A DNA stretch of 64,000 nt from Oceanispirochaeta sp. (GTDB lineage Bacteria > Spirochaetota > Spirochaetia > DSM-2461), in the NCBI GenBank assembly GCA_963666275.2, contig CAXXOA010000001.1, positions 992,001 through 1,056,000 on the forward strand, given 5' to 3'. The position numbers and the translations under genes are program-made. Positions 11,041 to 21,393 of the stretch are shown piece after piece. The notes beneath the pieces are model-generated. The model was given only the letters and a program-made list of their open reading frames with translations. It was not told the DNA's origin and did no database searches. Numbering within the stretch: position 1 is the stretch's first letter; each line of letters begins with the position of its first letter.

Positions 11041-12060
11041 ATGAAAAAGATTTTAACACTTGTCATGGTTCTGGCTGCACTGACAGCCACCGGGTGCAGC
11101 AAGAAGACCGATGAAGCCGCAGGGTCTGAAAAGAAAAAACCTGTTGAAATTATCTTCTCTTCTGTTTCCGTATCAGGAGACTCTCACACAGAAGCCATGT
11201 ATGTTTTTGCCGATAAAGTGGCGGAGCTGACAGACGGCAGCGTGGAAGTCAAGGTATATGATAATGGAACTCTCTTCACAGCAGAGAACGAGTTTGATGC
11301 GCTGATCAGCGGTGAAACAGATATGGCCTATATCTCCTTTCCCCAGATCGCCACACAGATTCCCTCTTTCAGCATGTTCGGTTCCGGCTACTTCTTCAGC
11401 TCCTACGACCATATGACTTCCGTTCTAAACGGAGAAATCGCCGCTGAGAGCATCTGGCCCCAGGTCAGAAGCACTCTGAATGTGGAACCCCTGGGAAGCC
11501 TTTATCTGGGAAGCCGGGTGGTGAACACAAGAAATAAAGAGGTGAACAGCTATGCCGACATGGACGGTCTTCTTATGAGAATGCCCAACTCCGAAGCATG
11601 GCTCTTCCTGGGAGAAGCTCTGGGAGCCAATCCCACACCTCTGTCATTCAGCGAACTGTATACGGCTCTTCAGACCGGTGCTGTGGACGGACAGGACAAT
11701 CCCCTGCCCACAATCGAGAGCGCCAAGTTTTATGAAGTTACCAAATACATTGCCATTACCAACCACGTGATCGATTCGATCATGCCCTGTGTGAATCTGG
11801 ATAAATGGAACTCTCTGACCGCTGATCAGCAGGCTGCCGTTAAGGAAGCCATGACTTTTGCCATCGAGTTTAACGACAATGCCAGGATCGAAAACGAAAA
11901 GAGCAAGGTTGCCTTTTTCGAAGGCGAAGGCCTGACAGTTACCTATCCGGATATTGCCGATTTCCGGGATCATGTTCAGGCTGCCTATGCGGCCAACACA
12001 GAGATGACATCCTCCTGGGATATGGATCTCTACGAAAAAGTCCAGAGCATGGCAAAATAA
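11041..12060 (+). CDS. dctP: TRAP transporter substrate-binding lipoprotein (DctP family)
   Basis: Lipoprotein signal (LTATGC); GANPTPLSFSELYTALQTGAVDGQDNP; GGAGG RBS. Confidence 0.93.
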   Translation: MKKILTLVMVLAALTATGCSKKTDEAAGSEKKKPVEIIFSSVSVSGDSHTEAMYVFADKVAELTDGSVEVKVYDNGTLFTAENEFDALISGETDMAYISFPQIATQIPSFSMFGSGYFFSSYDHMTSVLNGEIAAESIWPQVRSTLNVEPLGSLYLGSRVVNTRNKEVNSYADMDGLLMRMPNSEAWLFLGEALGANPTPLSFSELYTALQTGAVDGQDNPLPTIESAKFYEVTKYIAITNHVIDSIMPCVNLDKWNSLTADQQAAVKEAMTFAIEFNDNARIENEKSKVAFFEGEGLTVTYPDIADFRDHVQAAYAANTEMTSSWDMDLYEKVQSMAK

Positions 12061-12089
12061 CAGGCAACTATAAATCCTGAAATCCAATC

Positions 12090-12129
12090 ATCGTTCCCGG
12101 AATGGACAGCTGTTCCTTCCGGGAACGAT
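12090..12129. repeat. 13-bp perfect inverted repeat after dctP (probable mRNA-stabilising or attenuating hairpin)
   Basis: atcgttcccggaa ... ttccgggaacgat. Confidence 0.6.
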
Positions 12130-12179
12130 TTCGGTCTTTACAGAGCGGGAAAGAAGGAATGGGAAGAGGTAGGAAATCA

Positions 12180-12683
12180 TTGAATCATTTAAGAAAAATC
12201 GGAAAAGCCGCCGTGTATATCCTGGGAACCGTGATTCCCAATATTACATTTACAGTCATCTTTGTGACTTTCATGGTGACAATTGTCTCCCGGTATGTAC
12301 TGAAAACACCGGTGGCCTGGAGTTATGAGGTCAGTATCCTGGCCTATATGTGGACCATGTTCTTCGGTGTGGGAAGAGCCCTGACGGCGGACGAGCATGT
12401 GGTATTCGGTCTTGTCTATGACAGTGTGAGGCCCGGAGTCAGGCGGATATTCAGGATTGCAGTGAATCTGCTGCTCATCATACTGCTGGTTGTGGTTTTT
12501 GTTCCCTCCATCCATTCCCTCATGTCCAAAAGGATGGTCACGGGGGTTCTTAAGCTGCCATTTTCCGTGGTTTTTGCCCCCCTTATCTACATGTTCGGTG
12601 AAATCATTGTCCGCAGTATTATCGAACTGAGGAAGAATATCCTCCATTTAATAAACAAAACCGATGTGGAAGAGGTCCGCTGA
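12180..12683 (+). CDS. dctQ: TRAP transporter small permease
   Basis: IVSRYV...WSYEV...EHV motif, 4 TM segments; TTG start inferred from RBS position. Confidence 0.88.
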   Translation: MNHLRKIGKAAVYILGTVIPNITFTVIFVTFMVTIVSRYVLKTPVAWSYEVSILAYMWTMFFGVGRALTADEHVVFGLVYDSVRPGVRRIFRIAVNLLLIILLVVVFVPSIHSLMSKRMVTGVLKLPFSVVFAPLIYMFGEIIVRSIIELRKNILHLINKTDVEEVR

Positions 12684-13963
12684 TGAATATCGTATTAATC
12701 CTTTTTGCCTTTCTGGCTCTCTGTTTTATCATCCGAATGCCCGTGGCTCTGTCCATGCTGAGTGCTTCTGTCGCCTATTTTATAATCAGCGGCAGAAGCC
12801 TTGAGCAGGTTTTTACAGTTATGAGCGGGAATATGTACTCCAATTACACCATGCTGGCGGCGCCCCTTTTTATCTTCATGGCCAATATCATGAACGAAGG
12901 AGAGGTGACGGATAAGCTCTTCAAATTCTGCAACGGTCTGTTCGGAAGGCTCCGGGGCGGAACCGCCCAGGTTAATGTGGCGGCGTCTCTTATCTTTTCC
13001 GGCATGACCGGTTCGGCCATTGCCGATGCTTCGGGTATCGGTCTGATGGAGATCGAACAGATGAAGAAAGAGGGCTATGACGGGGAGTTCAGCTGCGCCC
13101 TTACAGCGGCTTCCGCCACAGTGGGACCCATCTTTCCCCCCAGTATTCCCATGGTTATCTATGCCATGCTGTCGGGGGCTTCCATCGGAAAGCTCTTTAT
13201 GGGCGGTATGATTCCCGGTCTGATCCTCTCCCTCCTGCTCATGGTCTATGTGGGCATCCTTTCGGCCAAACGAAAGTATCCCCGGGGAGAACTGATGGCT
13301 GTCCGGCAGTTCATCCGTGTTACCATCGCGGCATTTCCCGCCCTTTTTACGGTAGTGCTCCTTCTGGGCGGTATCTATCTGGGGGTTGTGACTCCCACCG
13401 AAGCGGGGGCTCTGGCTTCGGCCTATGCCATCATCATATCCATTCTGGTGTACAAAAATCTGGGAATGGAAAAACTCTGGAGAATTATCAGAAAAAGCGC
13501 TGCCAATACAGCCACCCTGGCTCTTCTGGCGGGAACATCCATGCTGTTCTCCTATATTATCTCTCTGGAACAGGTTCCCCGGGCGGTTTCCACACTGGTT
13601 ATGGGGATTACCGAAAACAAGTACCTCTTCCTCATGGTTGTGAATGTGGTGTTCCTCCTTCTGGGATGTGTGCTGGATGTGAGTACCATACAGCTAGTTT
13701 TTGTTCCCATGGTGCTGCCACTGGTAAACGCCTTCGGTATCGATCTTGTCCACTTCGGCGTGGTCATCTGTTTGAACATGATGATCGGCCTTTCAACACC
13801 TCCCTTCGGCATGCTCCTCTTTATTGTCTCCGGACTGGGACGGGCCAGGATAAGCGGTGTTATCAGGGAGATCATTCCCATGATCCTTGTGATGATCGGA
13901 CTTCTGCTGCTGATTACCTATGTGCCCCAGATTGTCATGTGGATTCCCGACAACTTTATGTAG
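12683..13963 (+). CDS. dctM: TRAP transporter large permease
   Basis: FSGMTGSAIADA, GPIFPPSIPM, TPTEAG, TPPFG. Confidence 0.95.
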   Translation: MNIVLILFAFLALCFIIRMPVALSMLSASVAYFIISGRSLEQVFTVMSGNMYSNYTMLAAPLFIFMANIMNEGEVTDKLFKFCNGLFGRLRGGTAQVNVAASLIFSGMTGSAIADASGIGLMEIEQMKKEGYDGEFSCALTAASATVGPIFPPSIPMVIYAMLSGASIGKLFMGGMIPGLILSLLLMVYVGILSAKRKYPRGELMAVRQFIRVTIAAFPALFTVVLLLGGIYLGVVTPTEAGALASAYAIIISILVYKNLGMEKLWRIIRKSAANTATLALLAGTSMLFSYIISLEQVPRAVSTLVMGITENKYLFLMVVNVVFLLLGCVLDVSTIQLVFVPMVLPLVNAFGIDLVHFGVVICLNMMIGLSTPPFGMLLFIVSGLGRARISGVIREIIPMILVMIGLLLLITYVPQIVMWIPDNFM

Positions 13964-13977
13964 GGTGATGGAAAGCA

Positions 13978-16900
13978 ATGGCAGACAATCATACTCAGCT
14001 CTTTAAGCTTCTATCGGATCCTCCGGTTCCCTACAGGTCCGCTCCGTTCTGGGCCTGGAACGATACCCTGGATCCGGAAGAACTGAATCGTCAGATTCAG
14101 GAAATGGCCGGCCAGGGAATCGGCGGTTTTTTCATCCACTCCCGGGAGGGTCTGGAAACAGAATACCTGGGAGAGCGCTGGATGGAATGCGTGGGCTCCG
14201 CTGTTGACGAGGCACGGCGGCAGGGCATGGAAGCCTGGATCTACGATGAGGACAAGTGGCCTTCCGGCAGTGCCGGGGGACTTGTGAGCGCTTCGGATGC
14301 TCCGGCATTTACGGCAAAAGGACTGACGGCGCAGCTTCTGGAGGACTGTTCCCGGGACAGCCTGGAAAGGGTCTTCTCCGAGAGCGGCCTTCTGGGGGTC
14401 TATGCCCTTCAGTTCCGGCCCGGCCCGGCCTCTTCTGAATTGTCAGGATTCCGGCGGATCCTGTCTCCGGAGGAGTTCGAAAACAGTGAGGAGACGCCTC
14501 CGGTCTGTCTTGTCTGCCGGATGGAAACTTCCGGTCCCAGCGAATGGTACAACAACCTGGCGCCCACGGACTCTCTCAATCCAGAGGGAATCCGGAAGTT
14601 TCTGGCCCTGACCCATGAAGAGTATGAATCCCGGTTCGGCAGCGATTTCGGGAAGACCATACGGGGATTCTTTACGGATGAACCGAATTTCTGCGACTTC
14701 TTTTCCCACTTCACACCGGGACGTCCCTGGCTGCCCTGGTCGGCGGGACTGGCCGAGGTGTTTGCACGGGACCGGTCCTGTGATCCTGCTGAGATTCTGC
14801 CTCTGCTGTTTTTTCACGGCCCCGGAGAAGAGAAGGCCAGGTATGACTACTGGCTGACCCTGACAGAGCAGTTTTCCGCTGCCTATATGAAGCAGATCTC
14901 CCTCTGGTGCGAACAGAGGGGTCTGGAACTGACAGGACATGTGCTCTATGAGAACGATCTGGGGTATTCCGTGAGAGTTTCCGGGGCCGCCATGCCCCAT
15001 TACAGGCATATGCATGCCCCGGGGATCGACCTGCTGGGAGATCAGAGGCAGGAGTATCTGACAGTCAAACAGTGCACAAGCGTGGCCAATCAGTTTGACA
15101 GGAAAATGGTTATAACCGAAACATACGGCTGCACCGGATGGGACTTTTCCTTTGCAGGCCAGAAGCGGCTGGGAGACTGGCAGTTTGTGATGGGAGTGAA
15201 CAGGCGCTGCCAGCATCTGGCTCTCTACTCCTTTACGGGATGCCGGAAAAGGGATTATCCCCCCTCCTTCAACTATCACAACGGCTGGTGGGAGTATAAC
15301 CGGGGCCTGGAAGAGTACTTTGCCCGGCTTTCTGTCTGTGTGACAGAGGGGCAGGTGCACAGGGATATCCTTGTGATTCATCCCATGAGCTCCTTCTGGA
15401 TGAAATCCGGTTCCGCCATGGATGAGGACCTGGGCCGGGTGGAGATGAATATGGGATGGCTGGACGACCATATCCTCTCTCTCAACAAAGAGGGAGACCG
15501 GTACAATAAACTGGCCGAGATGCTTCTGAGGTCCCATTTTGATTTTGATTTCGGCGATGAGCTCATTATGCGGGATGAGGGAAACTGTGAGGAGGGCGTC
15601 CTTTCCATCGGTTCCGGGAGGTATAAAACCGTTGTGGTTCCCGGTGTGGACAACCTCATGTCCTCTACGTTGGACCTGCTGGAATCCTTTCTGGAATCGG
15701 GAGGCTCTCTCCTCTGGGTGGGAGCTCCCGCTTCTTATGTGGACGGTTCCCCCTCGAAGCGGAGCGACTCTCTGTCCCTGTATCCGGGATTCCGTGTGGC
15801 GGGAGATTACAGGGAGCTCCTTTCTCTTCTGGAGTCATCGGTAAACCGGGCTGTGAGTCTCTATGATGATCCGGGAAACGAACTGAAAGGCTTCCTTTCC
15901 ATGTCCCGTTCCCAGGGAAAGACGGAAATCCTCACCCTGGTCAACACGGAAGACCGGGAACAGCAGGTGGTGATCCATTTCGGGAAAAGGGGGAGACTTT
16001 TCAGCTATGATCCCCTGAGGGATATCAGAAGGGAGGAAGCCGCAGTCCTGAGGGAAGGCGATCCGGGAATGACTCTTTCTACTGTTTTTACGGCAGAAGA
16101 GAGCCGAGTCTTTTTTATTCTGACCGATGAAGCTCCTATGGAGACCCGGCGGGAACCCTTCTACAGGCATCCCCACAGGATAGAAAAACTGGCCCTGAGC
16201 TTTCCCCTTTCCGCAGAGTATGACCTGACAGCAGAAAATGTTCTGACCCTTGATACCTGCCGGTTTAGGCGGGATCAGGGCCCCTGGAGTGATATCTGTT
16301 CGGTCTGGCAGGGGCAGAAGGCCCTGCGGCAGGATCTCGGCATGCCCCAGGTTTACTATAACGGGGCTCCCCAGCGCTACAGCTGGCTCTCCCCGGAAGA
16401 GGAGAGGACTTTATATCCCCTGACTCTGGAGTTTGAGTTTACAGTGGAATATATCCCGGAAGGTCCTGTGTATGCGGCCATAGAAAAATCCCGGGAATTC
16501 AGGGTGTTCTGCAACGATCTTCCCTGTGAGCTGACAGAAGAGACCTTTCTGGACAGAGCTCTGAATAAATTCAGCCTTCCCCGGCTGAAGAAAGGGGTGA
16601 ACCGTTTAACAGTTTCTCTGGATTACTGTGACGCCACCGAGCTTGAGGATATCTATATTCTGGGATCTTTCGGAGTCTCTCCCGAAAGGAGCATCACAGA
16701 GCTTCCCGGGAAGCTCAGGGCGGGGGACTGGACTTTTCAGGGGCTTTTTCACTATCCCGGAAACGTCAGGTATCGGTATACCCTGCCGGCCCTCTCCTCC
16801 TCCTGGAGGGGGAAACCGCTCCAGTTGAAGCTGGGTGCCTTCGGGGGAACTCTGGCTGTTATCAGAATCAACAGCGGGCCGCCCCTGTATGGGCTGAAGG

Positions 16901-17136
16901 AGAATTCCTGTCTGGAAATAGGGGACTCTCTCTTTTTCGACAGGGAGAACCGGGTGGAAGTGGAGGTGGTGGGATCCCTGAGAAATATGATGGGACCCTT
17001 TCACAGAAGCTTCACCTCCTGCAGCCGGATCAGCTGGGAGGATTTCCGCACCGAAGGGGTCAGCTTTTTTCCGGAATATCAGGTTGTTCCCATGGGAATC
17101 CTGGGGGAGGTAGCCCTGATCAGCGCGGTGGAATAG
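13978..17136 (+). CDS. Large glycoside hydrolase (GH106/alpha-L-rhamnosidase-like)
   Basis: PFWAWN, GIGGFFIHSREGL, WIYDEDKWPSG, GFFTDEP, PGIDLL, ETYGCTGW. Confidence 0.75.
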   Translation: MADNHTQLFKLLSDPPVPYRSAPFWAWNDTLDPEELNRQIQEMAGQGIGGFFIHSREGLETEYLGERWMECVGSAVDEARRQGMEAWIYDEDKWPSGSAGGLVSASDAPAFTAKGLTAQLLEDCSRDSLERVFSESGLLGVYALQFRPGPASSELSGFRRILSPEEFENSEETPPVCLVCRMETSGPSEWYNNLAPTDSLNPEGIRKFLALTHEEYESRFGSDFGKTIRGFFTDEPNFCDFFSHFTPGRPWLPWSAGLAEVFARDRSCDPAEILPLLFFHGPGEEKARYDYWLTLTEQFSAAYMKQISLWCEQRGLELTGHVLYENDLGYSVRVSGAAMPHYRHMHAPGIDLLGDQRQEYLTVKQCTSVANQFDRKMVITETYGCTGWDFSFAGQKRLGDWQFVMGVNRRCQHLALYSFTGCRKRDYPPSFNYHNGWWEYNRGLEEYFARLSVCVTEGQVHRDILVIHPMSSFWMKSGSAMDEDLGRVEMNMGWLDDHILSLNKEGDRYNKLAEMLLRSHFDFDFGDELIMRDEGNCEEGVLSIGSGRYKTVVVPGVDNLMSSTLDLLESFLESGGSLLWVGAPASYVDGSPSKRSDSLSLYPGFRVAGDYRELLSLLESSVNRAVSLYDDPGNELKGFLSMSRSQGKTEILTLVNTEDREQQVVIHFGKRGRLFSYDPLRDIRREEAAVLREGDPGMTLSTVFTAEESRVFFILTDEAPMETRREPFYRHPHRIEKLALSFPLSAEYDLTAENVLTLDTCRFRRDQGPWSDICSVWQGQKALRQDLGMPQVYYNGAPQRYSWLSPEEERTLYPLTLEFEFTVEYIPEGPVYAAIEKSREFRVFCNDLPCELTEETFLDRALNKFSLPRLKKGVNRLTVSLDYCDATELEDIYILGSFGVSPERSITELPGKLRAGDWTFQGLFHYPGNVRYRYTLPALSSSWRGKPLQLKLGAFGGTLAVIRINSGPPLYGLKENSCLEIGDSLFFDRENRVEVEVVGSLRNMMGPFHRSFTSCSRISWEDFRTEGVSFFPEYQVVPMGILGEVALISAVE

Positions 17137-17296
17137 GAAGAATACCCGGAGATTCCCCTTTTATGACGGGATTCTCTCTGTCTCCGGTTGTTCCCCCGGG
17201 ATGTTTTTAATAGTATGTATTCTAGGAAGGAGAAGTCCCGGTTTTTTCCGGGACTTCCTCATTTATCAGGTTTTTCACAATCAAAGGAGTACAGCC

Positions 17297-17827
17297 ATGG
17301 GAGAATTCCTATTAATCGCCCTGCTCATTCTGGTCCTCCGGATCGGACAGGATACCCTGTTCCTGGCGAAAATAGATGCTTTCAACAGAAACAACAGATA
17401 CTATGCCAGCGGTATCAACTTTCTGGAAGCCATGTACGGCATTACAGTCATAAAGATCATACTGGATCTGATGCAGAGAAATCTCTCCTATATTGTTATC
17501 TACGGTACGGGATCCATACTGGGAGGTCTTCTCAGCGGGTACATTAAAAACAGACTGGACAGGCGTCTTATAGGTCAGAGGCAGTACTATGCCAGGATCT
17601 CTCTGGAAGATGAAATTGACAGAACCGAACTTCTGGATCTGCTTGTGAAAGAGCAATTTGACTTTACAGTCTCCCGCAGGGAGTACATCAATGGAAAAAC
17701 CAAACTCATTGTGGAGGGGTCCATTGAAAACCGCTCCCGCATGCTAGTACTGAAAGAGATACTCCGGGGCCGCCCCGGCAAGCATGTCACCTTCCTCAGG
17801 GCCGATGAAGTCTATCTTCTGAAATGA
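17297..17827 (+). CDS. Membrane protein, DUF2179/DUF5698-like
   Basis: AAGGAG RBS; 3 N-terminal hydrophobic segments with FLEA and YGTG..LG motifs, then a soluble C-terminal domain. Confidence 0.55.
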   Translation: MGEFLLIALLILVLRIGQDTLFLAKIDAFNRNNRYYASGINFLEAMYGITVIKIILDLMQRNLSYIVIYGTGSILGGLLSGYIKNRLDRRLIGQRQYYARISLEDEIDRTELLDLLVKEQFDFTVSRREYINGKTKLIVEGSIENRSRMLVLKEILRGRPGKHVTFLRADEVYLLK

Positions 17828-17930
17828 CCCTCCTGTACAGGCCGTTACTTTCCCGGCCCGCCCGGATTTGCTTTACATATGTCCGGACCCTCGATATGAG
17901 GGAATCAATTGCATCTGCAGGGGGGAGACT

Positions 17931-18854
17931 ATGAAGGGGATGGCGCTCTCGCAAAGATTCTACCGGGAATGGGGCGAGCCAATGATAGAGCAGCTATTTT
18001 CCGGGGAGAGGGAACATCTCGCCGCCGGTTTAGTGGGCGAGGGATCTATCTGTTTCGGCTATGATGATGAGATTTCCCGGGACCATGACTGGGGACCCGC
18101 CTTCTGCCTCTGGCTGGACAGGGATACCTACAGCCGGATCGGCAAGGATCTGAGCCGGGCCTACAGAGATCTTCCCGGACAGTTTGAGGGGCATTCCGTT
18201 CTGAGGATGGATGCGCCGCCTCTGCAGAGGGTGGGGGTGTTTGAAATATCCGGCTTTTATCAGAGGTTCACGGGGCTGGATCATCCTCCCCGATCCCATT
18301 CTGAATGGCGGAGGATTCCCGAAACCTATCTGAGCGTCGCCACCAACGGACGGGTCTTTGATGATCCGGCGGGAGACTTCACCCGGTACCGGGACCATCT
18401 TCTGAACTACTATCCCGAAGACATCCGCAGAAAAAAAATTGCCGCCCGGTGCATGTCTGTAGGCCAGGCGGGGCAGTACAACTACGAACGGTCTCTGCGG
18501 AGAGGGGAAACCGTCGCCGCTCAGCTGGCCAGGAGCCGGTTTCTGGAAGCCACGGCCTCTCTGGTTTATCTTCTCAACAGAAAGTACACTCCCTTTTACA
18601 AATGGCTGCACAAAGGCCTCCGGGAGCTTCCTCTCGGGGGAGGGGAGATCGCAGGACTTCTGGAGAGACTCTGCGGTTCCCCCGACAGGAAAGACATTCC
18701 TGTTATCGAGGAAATCTGCTCGATCCTGCTGGGAGAGATGAGATCCCAGTTTCTGACGGATGCTCCCGGAGATTTTCTGTTTACCCACGGACCGGCGGTT
18801 CAGCAGGGCATAGTGGATCCTGCAATCCGCTGTCTTCCCGTTACGGAAGACTAG
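17931..18854 (+). CDS. DUF4037 domain protein (nucleotidyltransferase-like N-terminus)
   Basis: AAGLVGEGS.CFGYDDEISRDHDWGP, ATNG.VFDD, QAGQYNY.R, YTPFYKW. Confidence 0.85.
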   Translation: MKGMALSQRFYREWGEPMIEQLFSGEREHLAAGLVGEGSICFGYDDEISRDHDWGPAFCLWLDRDTYSRIGKDLSRAYRDLPGQFEGHSVLRMDAPPLQRVGVFEISGFYQRFTGLDHPPRSHSEWRRIPETYLSVATNGRVFDDPAGDFTRYRDHLLNYYPEDIRRKKIAARCMSVGQAGQYNYERSLRRGETVAAQLARSRFLEATASLVYLLNRKYTPFYKWLHKGLRELPLGGGEIAGLLERLCGSPDRKDIPVIEEICSILLGEMRSQFLTDAPGDFLFTHGPAVQQGIVDPAIRCLPVTED

Positions 18855-18892
18855 GGAAGGCCCGGGGGCCGTCTCCGGAAATCCTGATACTT

Positions 18893-19453
18893 TCAGAGCG
18901 CCCGGGAGGAGTGGCTTTCCAGCTCTTCCAGCGACGGATAGCCCGCCAGTTCCGCCATGGCCTCGTATATATCCCGGGCCATGCTTTTTCCTGAATCGAT
19001 ATATCCTTCCAGATCCTGTCTCAGGAGCTGAAGGGTTCTGTCCGAATAGGTCTCCAGTTCGCTGGACAGGTAGTTCCTGAAATCTTCGATGTCTCTGCCC
19101 CGGGACATCAGATGGGGGCAGGATCTTATAATTTCCTCCTGCCATGCCACGGATTGATTGACAATAAAGGGAATGTCAGGACTCCCTGAAAGAGGAGATA
19201 TCTGATCAGCCATACGGGCATATTTCAGGGTCATCAGGTTCACACCCTCCTGCTGGGCCTTCTCCAGATCCTGCAGATAGGATCGGCAGGTTTCCTCTGA
19301 CCATCCGGCGAACTGACTTTTTCTGTGGAGCCGCATGCTTTTCAGGTTGGAACGGCAGGACGGTTCCTCCAGAACAGGCACCTCCAGAAACATTTTCATC
19401 TCAATATCAATGATCCGCTCAATCAGATTGTCTGTGTCCATTTGTGTGTTCAT
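18893..19453 (-). CDS. DUF4125 family protein
   Basis: IIDIEMKMF, RKSQF.GWS...SYL.DL, NLMTLKYARM, YLSSELETYS; start at ATG 19453 with GAGG RBS. Confidence 0.8.
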   Translation of the reverse strand: MNTQMDTDNLIERIIDIEMKMFLEVPVLEEPSCRSNLKSMRLHRKSQFAGWSEETCRSYLQDLEKAQQEGVNLMTLKYARMADQISPLSGSPDIPFIVNQSVAWQEEIIRSCPHLMSRGRDIEDFRNYLSSELETYSDRTLQLLRQDLEGYIDSGKSMARDIYEAMAELAGYPSLEELESHSSRAL

Positions 19454-19579
19454 AGGCCATGTATCCTCTTCTTTATTAGAGACTATTCTATCACCCTCCT
19501 GCAGAAGTGCAAGGAATTCTAAATTGCCCATCTGAAAATTGTATTTGTCAGAATCGGCCCGGCAGGGGATAATCACAGG

Positions 19580-20521
19580 ATGGAAAAGGAAGATCTGAAA
19601 ACAATTCTGTCAAAGCTGGACGGATTCTACAAAAACGGAAGGAGCGCTGAGGCCGAAGTCTTTCTGCTGGAAAAACTGCAGGAGTTTCAGGATTTTAATG
19701 GCTCTGAAAAAACTCAGGCGGCCATCCTGAGTGAACTGGGGGCTCTTTACAAGGAGCTCAGCCGGTTTGGCGAGTCGGACAGATATTTTACCCGGGCCGG
19801 AGAGCTTATGAAATCCATCACCGGAGAGGTTCATCCGGATTATGCCACACTGATAAATAACCGGGCCGGACTCTACCGTCTTATGGGGCGATATGACGAA
19901 GCTGAGACTCTTTTCAGGAAGACCATCGATCTGTATGCCCGGACGCTGGGAAAGGAGCACTATCTCTACAGCAGCAGTCTTAACAATCTGGGGCTCCTTT
20001 ATCAGGATATGAAAAGGTACGAAGAGGCTGCGGCGCTACACGAGAAAGCCCAGGAAATCATCGCTAGCCAGAAGGAGCACAAGATTGCCTATGCAACAGG
20101 CTTTAATAATCTGGCAGGTGTCTACAGGATGCTGGGCCGTCTGGACGAAGCGGAGGAGCTCATGCTCCGGGGGCTGGAGATGTTCAGAGCCCTCCTGGGG
20201 GATGAGCACAGCCTTGTGGCTTCCGGATTGAATAATCTGGGGTCTCTCTACTATTCGGAGGGCCGTTATGACAAGGCGGAAGAGGCCTTCCTTGCTTCCC
20301 GGGAAATCTGCCTGAAATTATACGGTTCAGAACAGCTTGAGTCTCTTTCGGTCTCCCAGAATCTGGGGCTGGTCTATGAAAAGATGGGAAACTCTCTAAA
20401 GGCCCGGATGTATCTGGAAAAAGCCGCATCAGGAATGGAAAGGATCTATGGAGCGGACCATGCCCGGTATCAGGGAGTTCTTGAGGCCCTGGGCCGTCTT
20501 GAAAAAGAAGAAGAGAACTGA
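19580..20521 (+). CDS. Tetratricopeptide repeat protein
   Basis: Tandem repeats of about 42 aa, NNLG.LY...GRY.EAE. Confidence 0.92.
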   Translation: MEKEDLKTILSKLDGFYKNGRSAEAEVFLLEKLQEFQDFNGSEKTQAAILSELGALYKELSRFGESDRYFTRAGELMKSITGEVHPDYATLINNRAGLYRLMGRYDEAETLFRKTIDLYARTLGKEHYLYSSSLNNLGLLYQDMKRYEEAAALHEKAQEIIASQKEHKIAYATGFNNLAGVYRMLGRLDEAEELMLRGLEMFRALLGDEHSLVASGLNNLGSLYYSEGRYDKAEEAFLASREICLKLYGSEQLESLSVSQNLGLVYEKMGNSLKARMYLEKAASGMERIYGADHARYQGVLEALGRLEKEEEN

Positions 20522-20545
20522 GGGCAAGGGAAGGAAATAAAAAAA

Positions 20546-20565
20546 GCCGCTTCCGGAGAAGCGGC
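20546..20565 (-). terminator. Intrinsic terminator between convergent genes
   Basis: gccgcttc-cgga-gaagcggc preceded by an A-run on + (U-tail on -). Confidence 0.75.
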
Positions 20566-20596
20566 AGATACATTGTATAAATTATCCTGTTTCTGA

Positions 20597-21037
20597 TCAA
20601 ACAAATGATGTGATAGACTCTATTTTCCGTCTGGAAATCCAGCTGCCGATTCCGTTGCCGTAAAAAGCGGCAAAATCGTTGGCTGCGTCTTCCGGGCTGA
20701 TTTCCGGATCTTTCTCTTTCATGTAGTACCAGTGTGTGGAAAGGGCAAAAAGAAGCTGGCCTTTTGTGTATTTAGAGAAGGCTTTTTTTACTTCCCACCA
20801 GTCAATGACTTTACCCAGAGGGGCATAGACGGTTTCTTTCCACGAGGCGGCGGCCTCATCCCAGTCAATGGCTTTTTCTTTATTCTGATTAATCAGATAT
20901 TTATGGACTTCCACATGATCTACCAGGGCGACCCACTCTTCTTCTTTTGTGAATCCCAGGTTTTCCGAGTCCAGCAGTTTTTTCAATGATTCAATTTTTT
21001 CTTCCAGATTTTCTACTTTATCTTTCAGTTCAGACAT
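20597..21037 (-). CDS. Small coiled-coil protein, DUF4032-like
   Basis: AAGGAG RBS before MSELKDK; HKYLIN...AAASW..VY.P...HWYY pattern. Confidence 0.55.
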   Translation of the reverse strand: MSELKDKVENLEEKIESLKKLLDSENLGFTKEEEWVALVDHVEVHKYLINQNKEKAIDWDEAAASWKETVYAPLGKVIDWWEVKKAFSKYTKGQLLFALSTHWYYMKEKDPEISPEDAANDFAAFYGNGIGSWISRRKIESITSFV

Positions 21038-21393
21038 GTTTGTCTCCTTCTGGTCGATGCTGTTTTCAATACGCTTTATCAGTTTGAAAACAGTAGCTGA
21101 AACTGCCGGGAACAGTCCGGGCTGTTTCTTCACGACCTTGTATATGAGCAGTAAAAAAGTTTCTTCTATACAGGTACATCTGCTCTATAAAAGCAAACAT
21201 AATCGATATGCAGATTATAATCAACAAAAAATCCTTGACAGATTAAAAAATCTCCCCATAGTATACATGCGTATAGATGTACTGTCTGCCTTCAAAACCT
21301 TTACAAATGTAAACTCATTGTGATCTCAAGGCGGAAGCAGGATTCCCCGGGGAAATAATCCCTCCAGGGAATCCCTTCTGTCTTTAATAAGCC

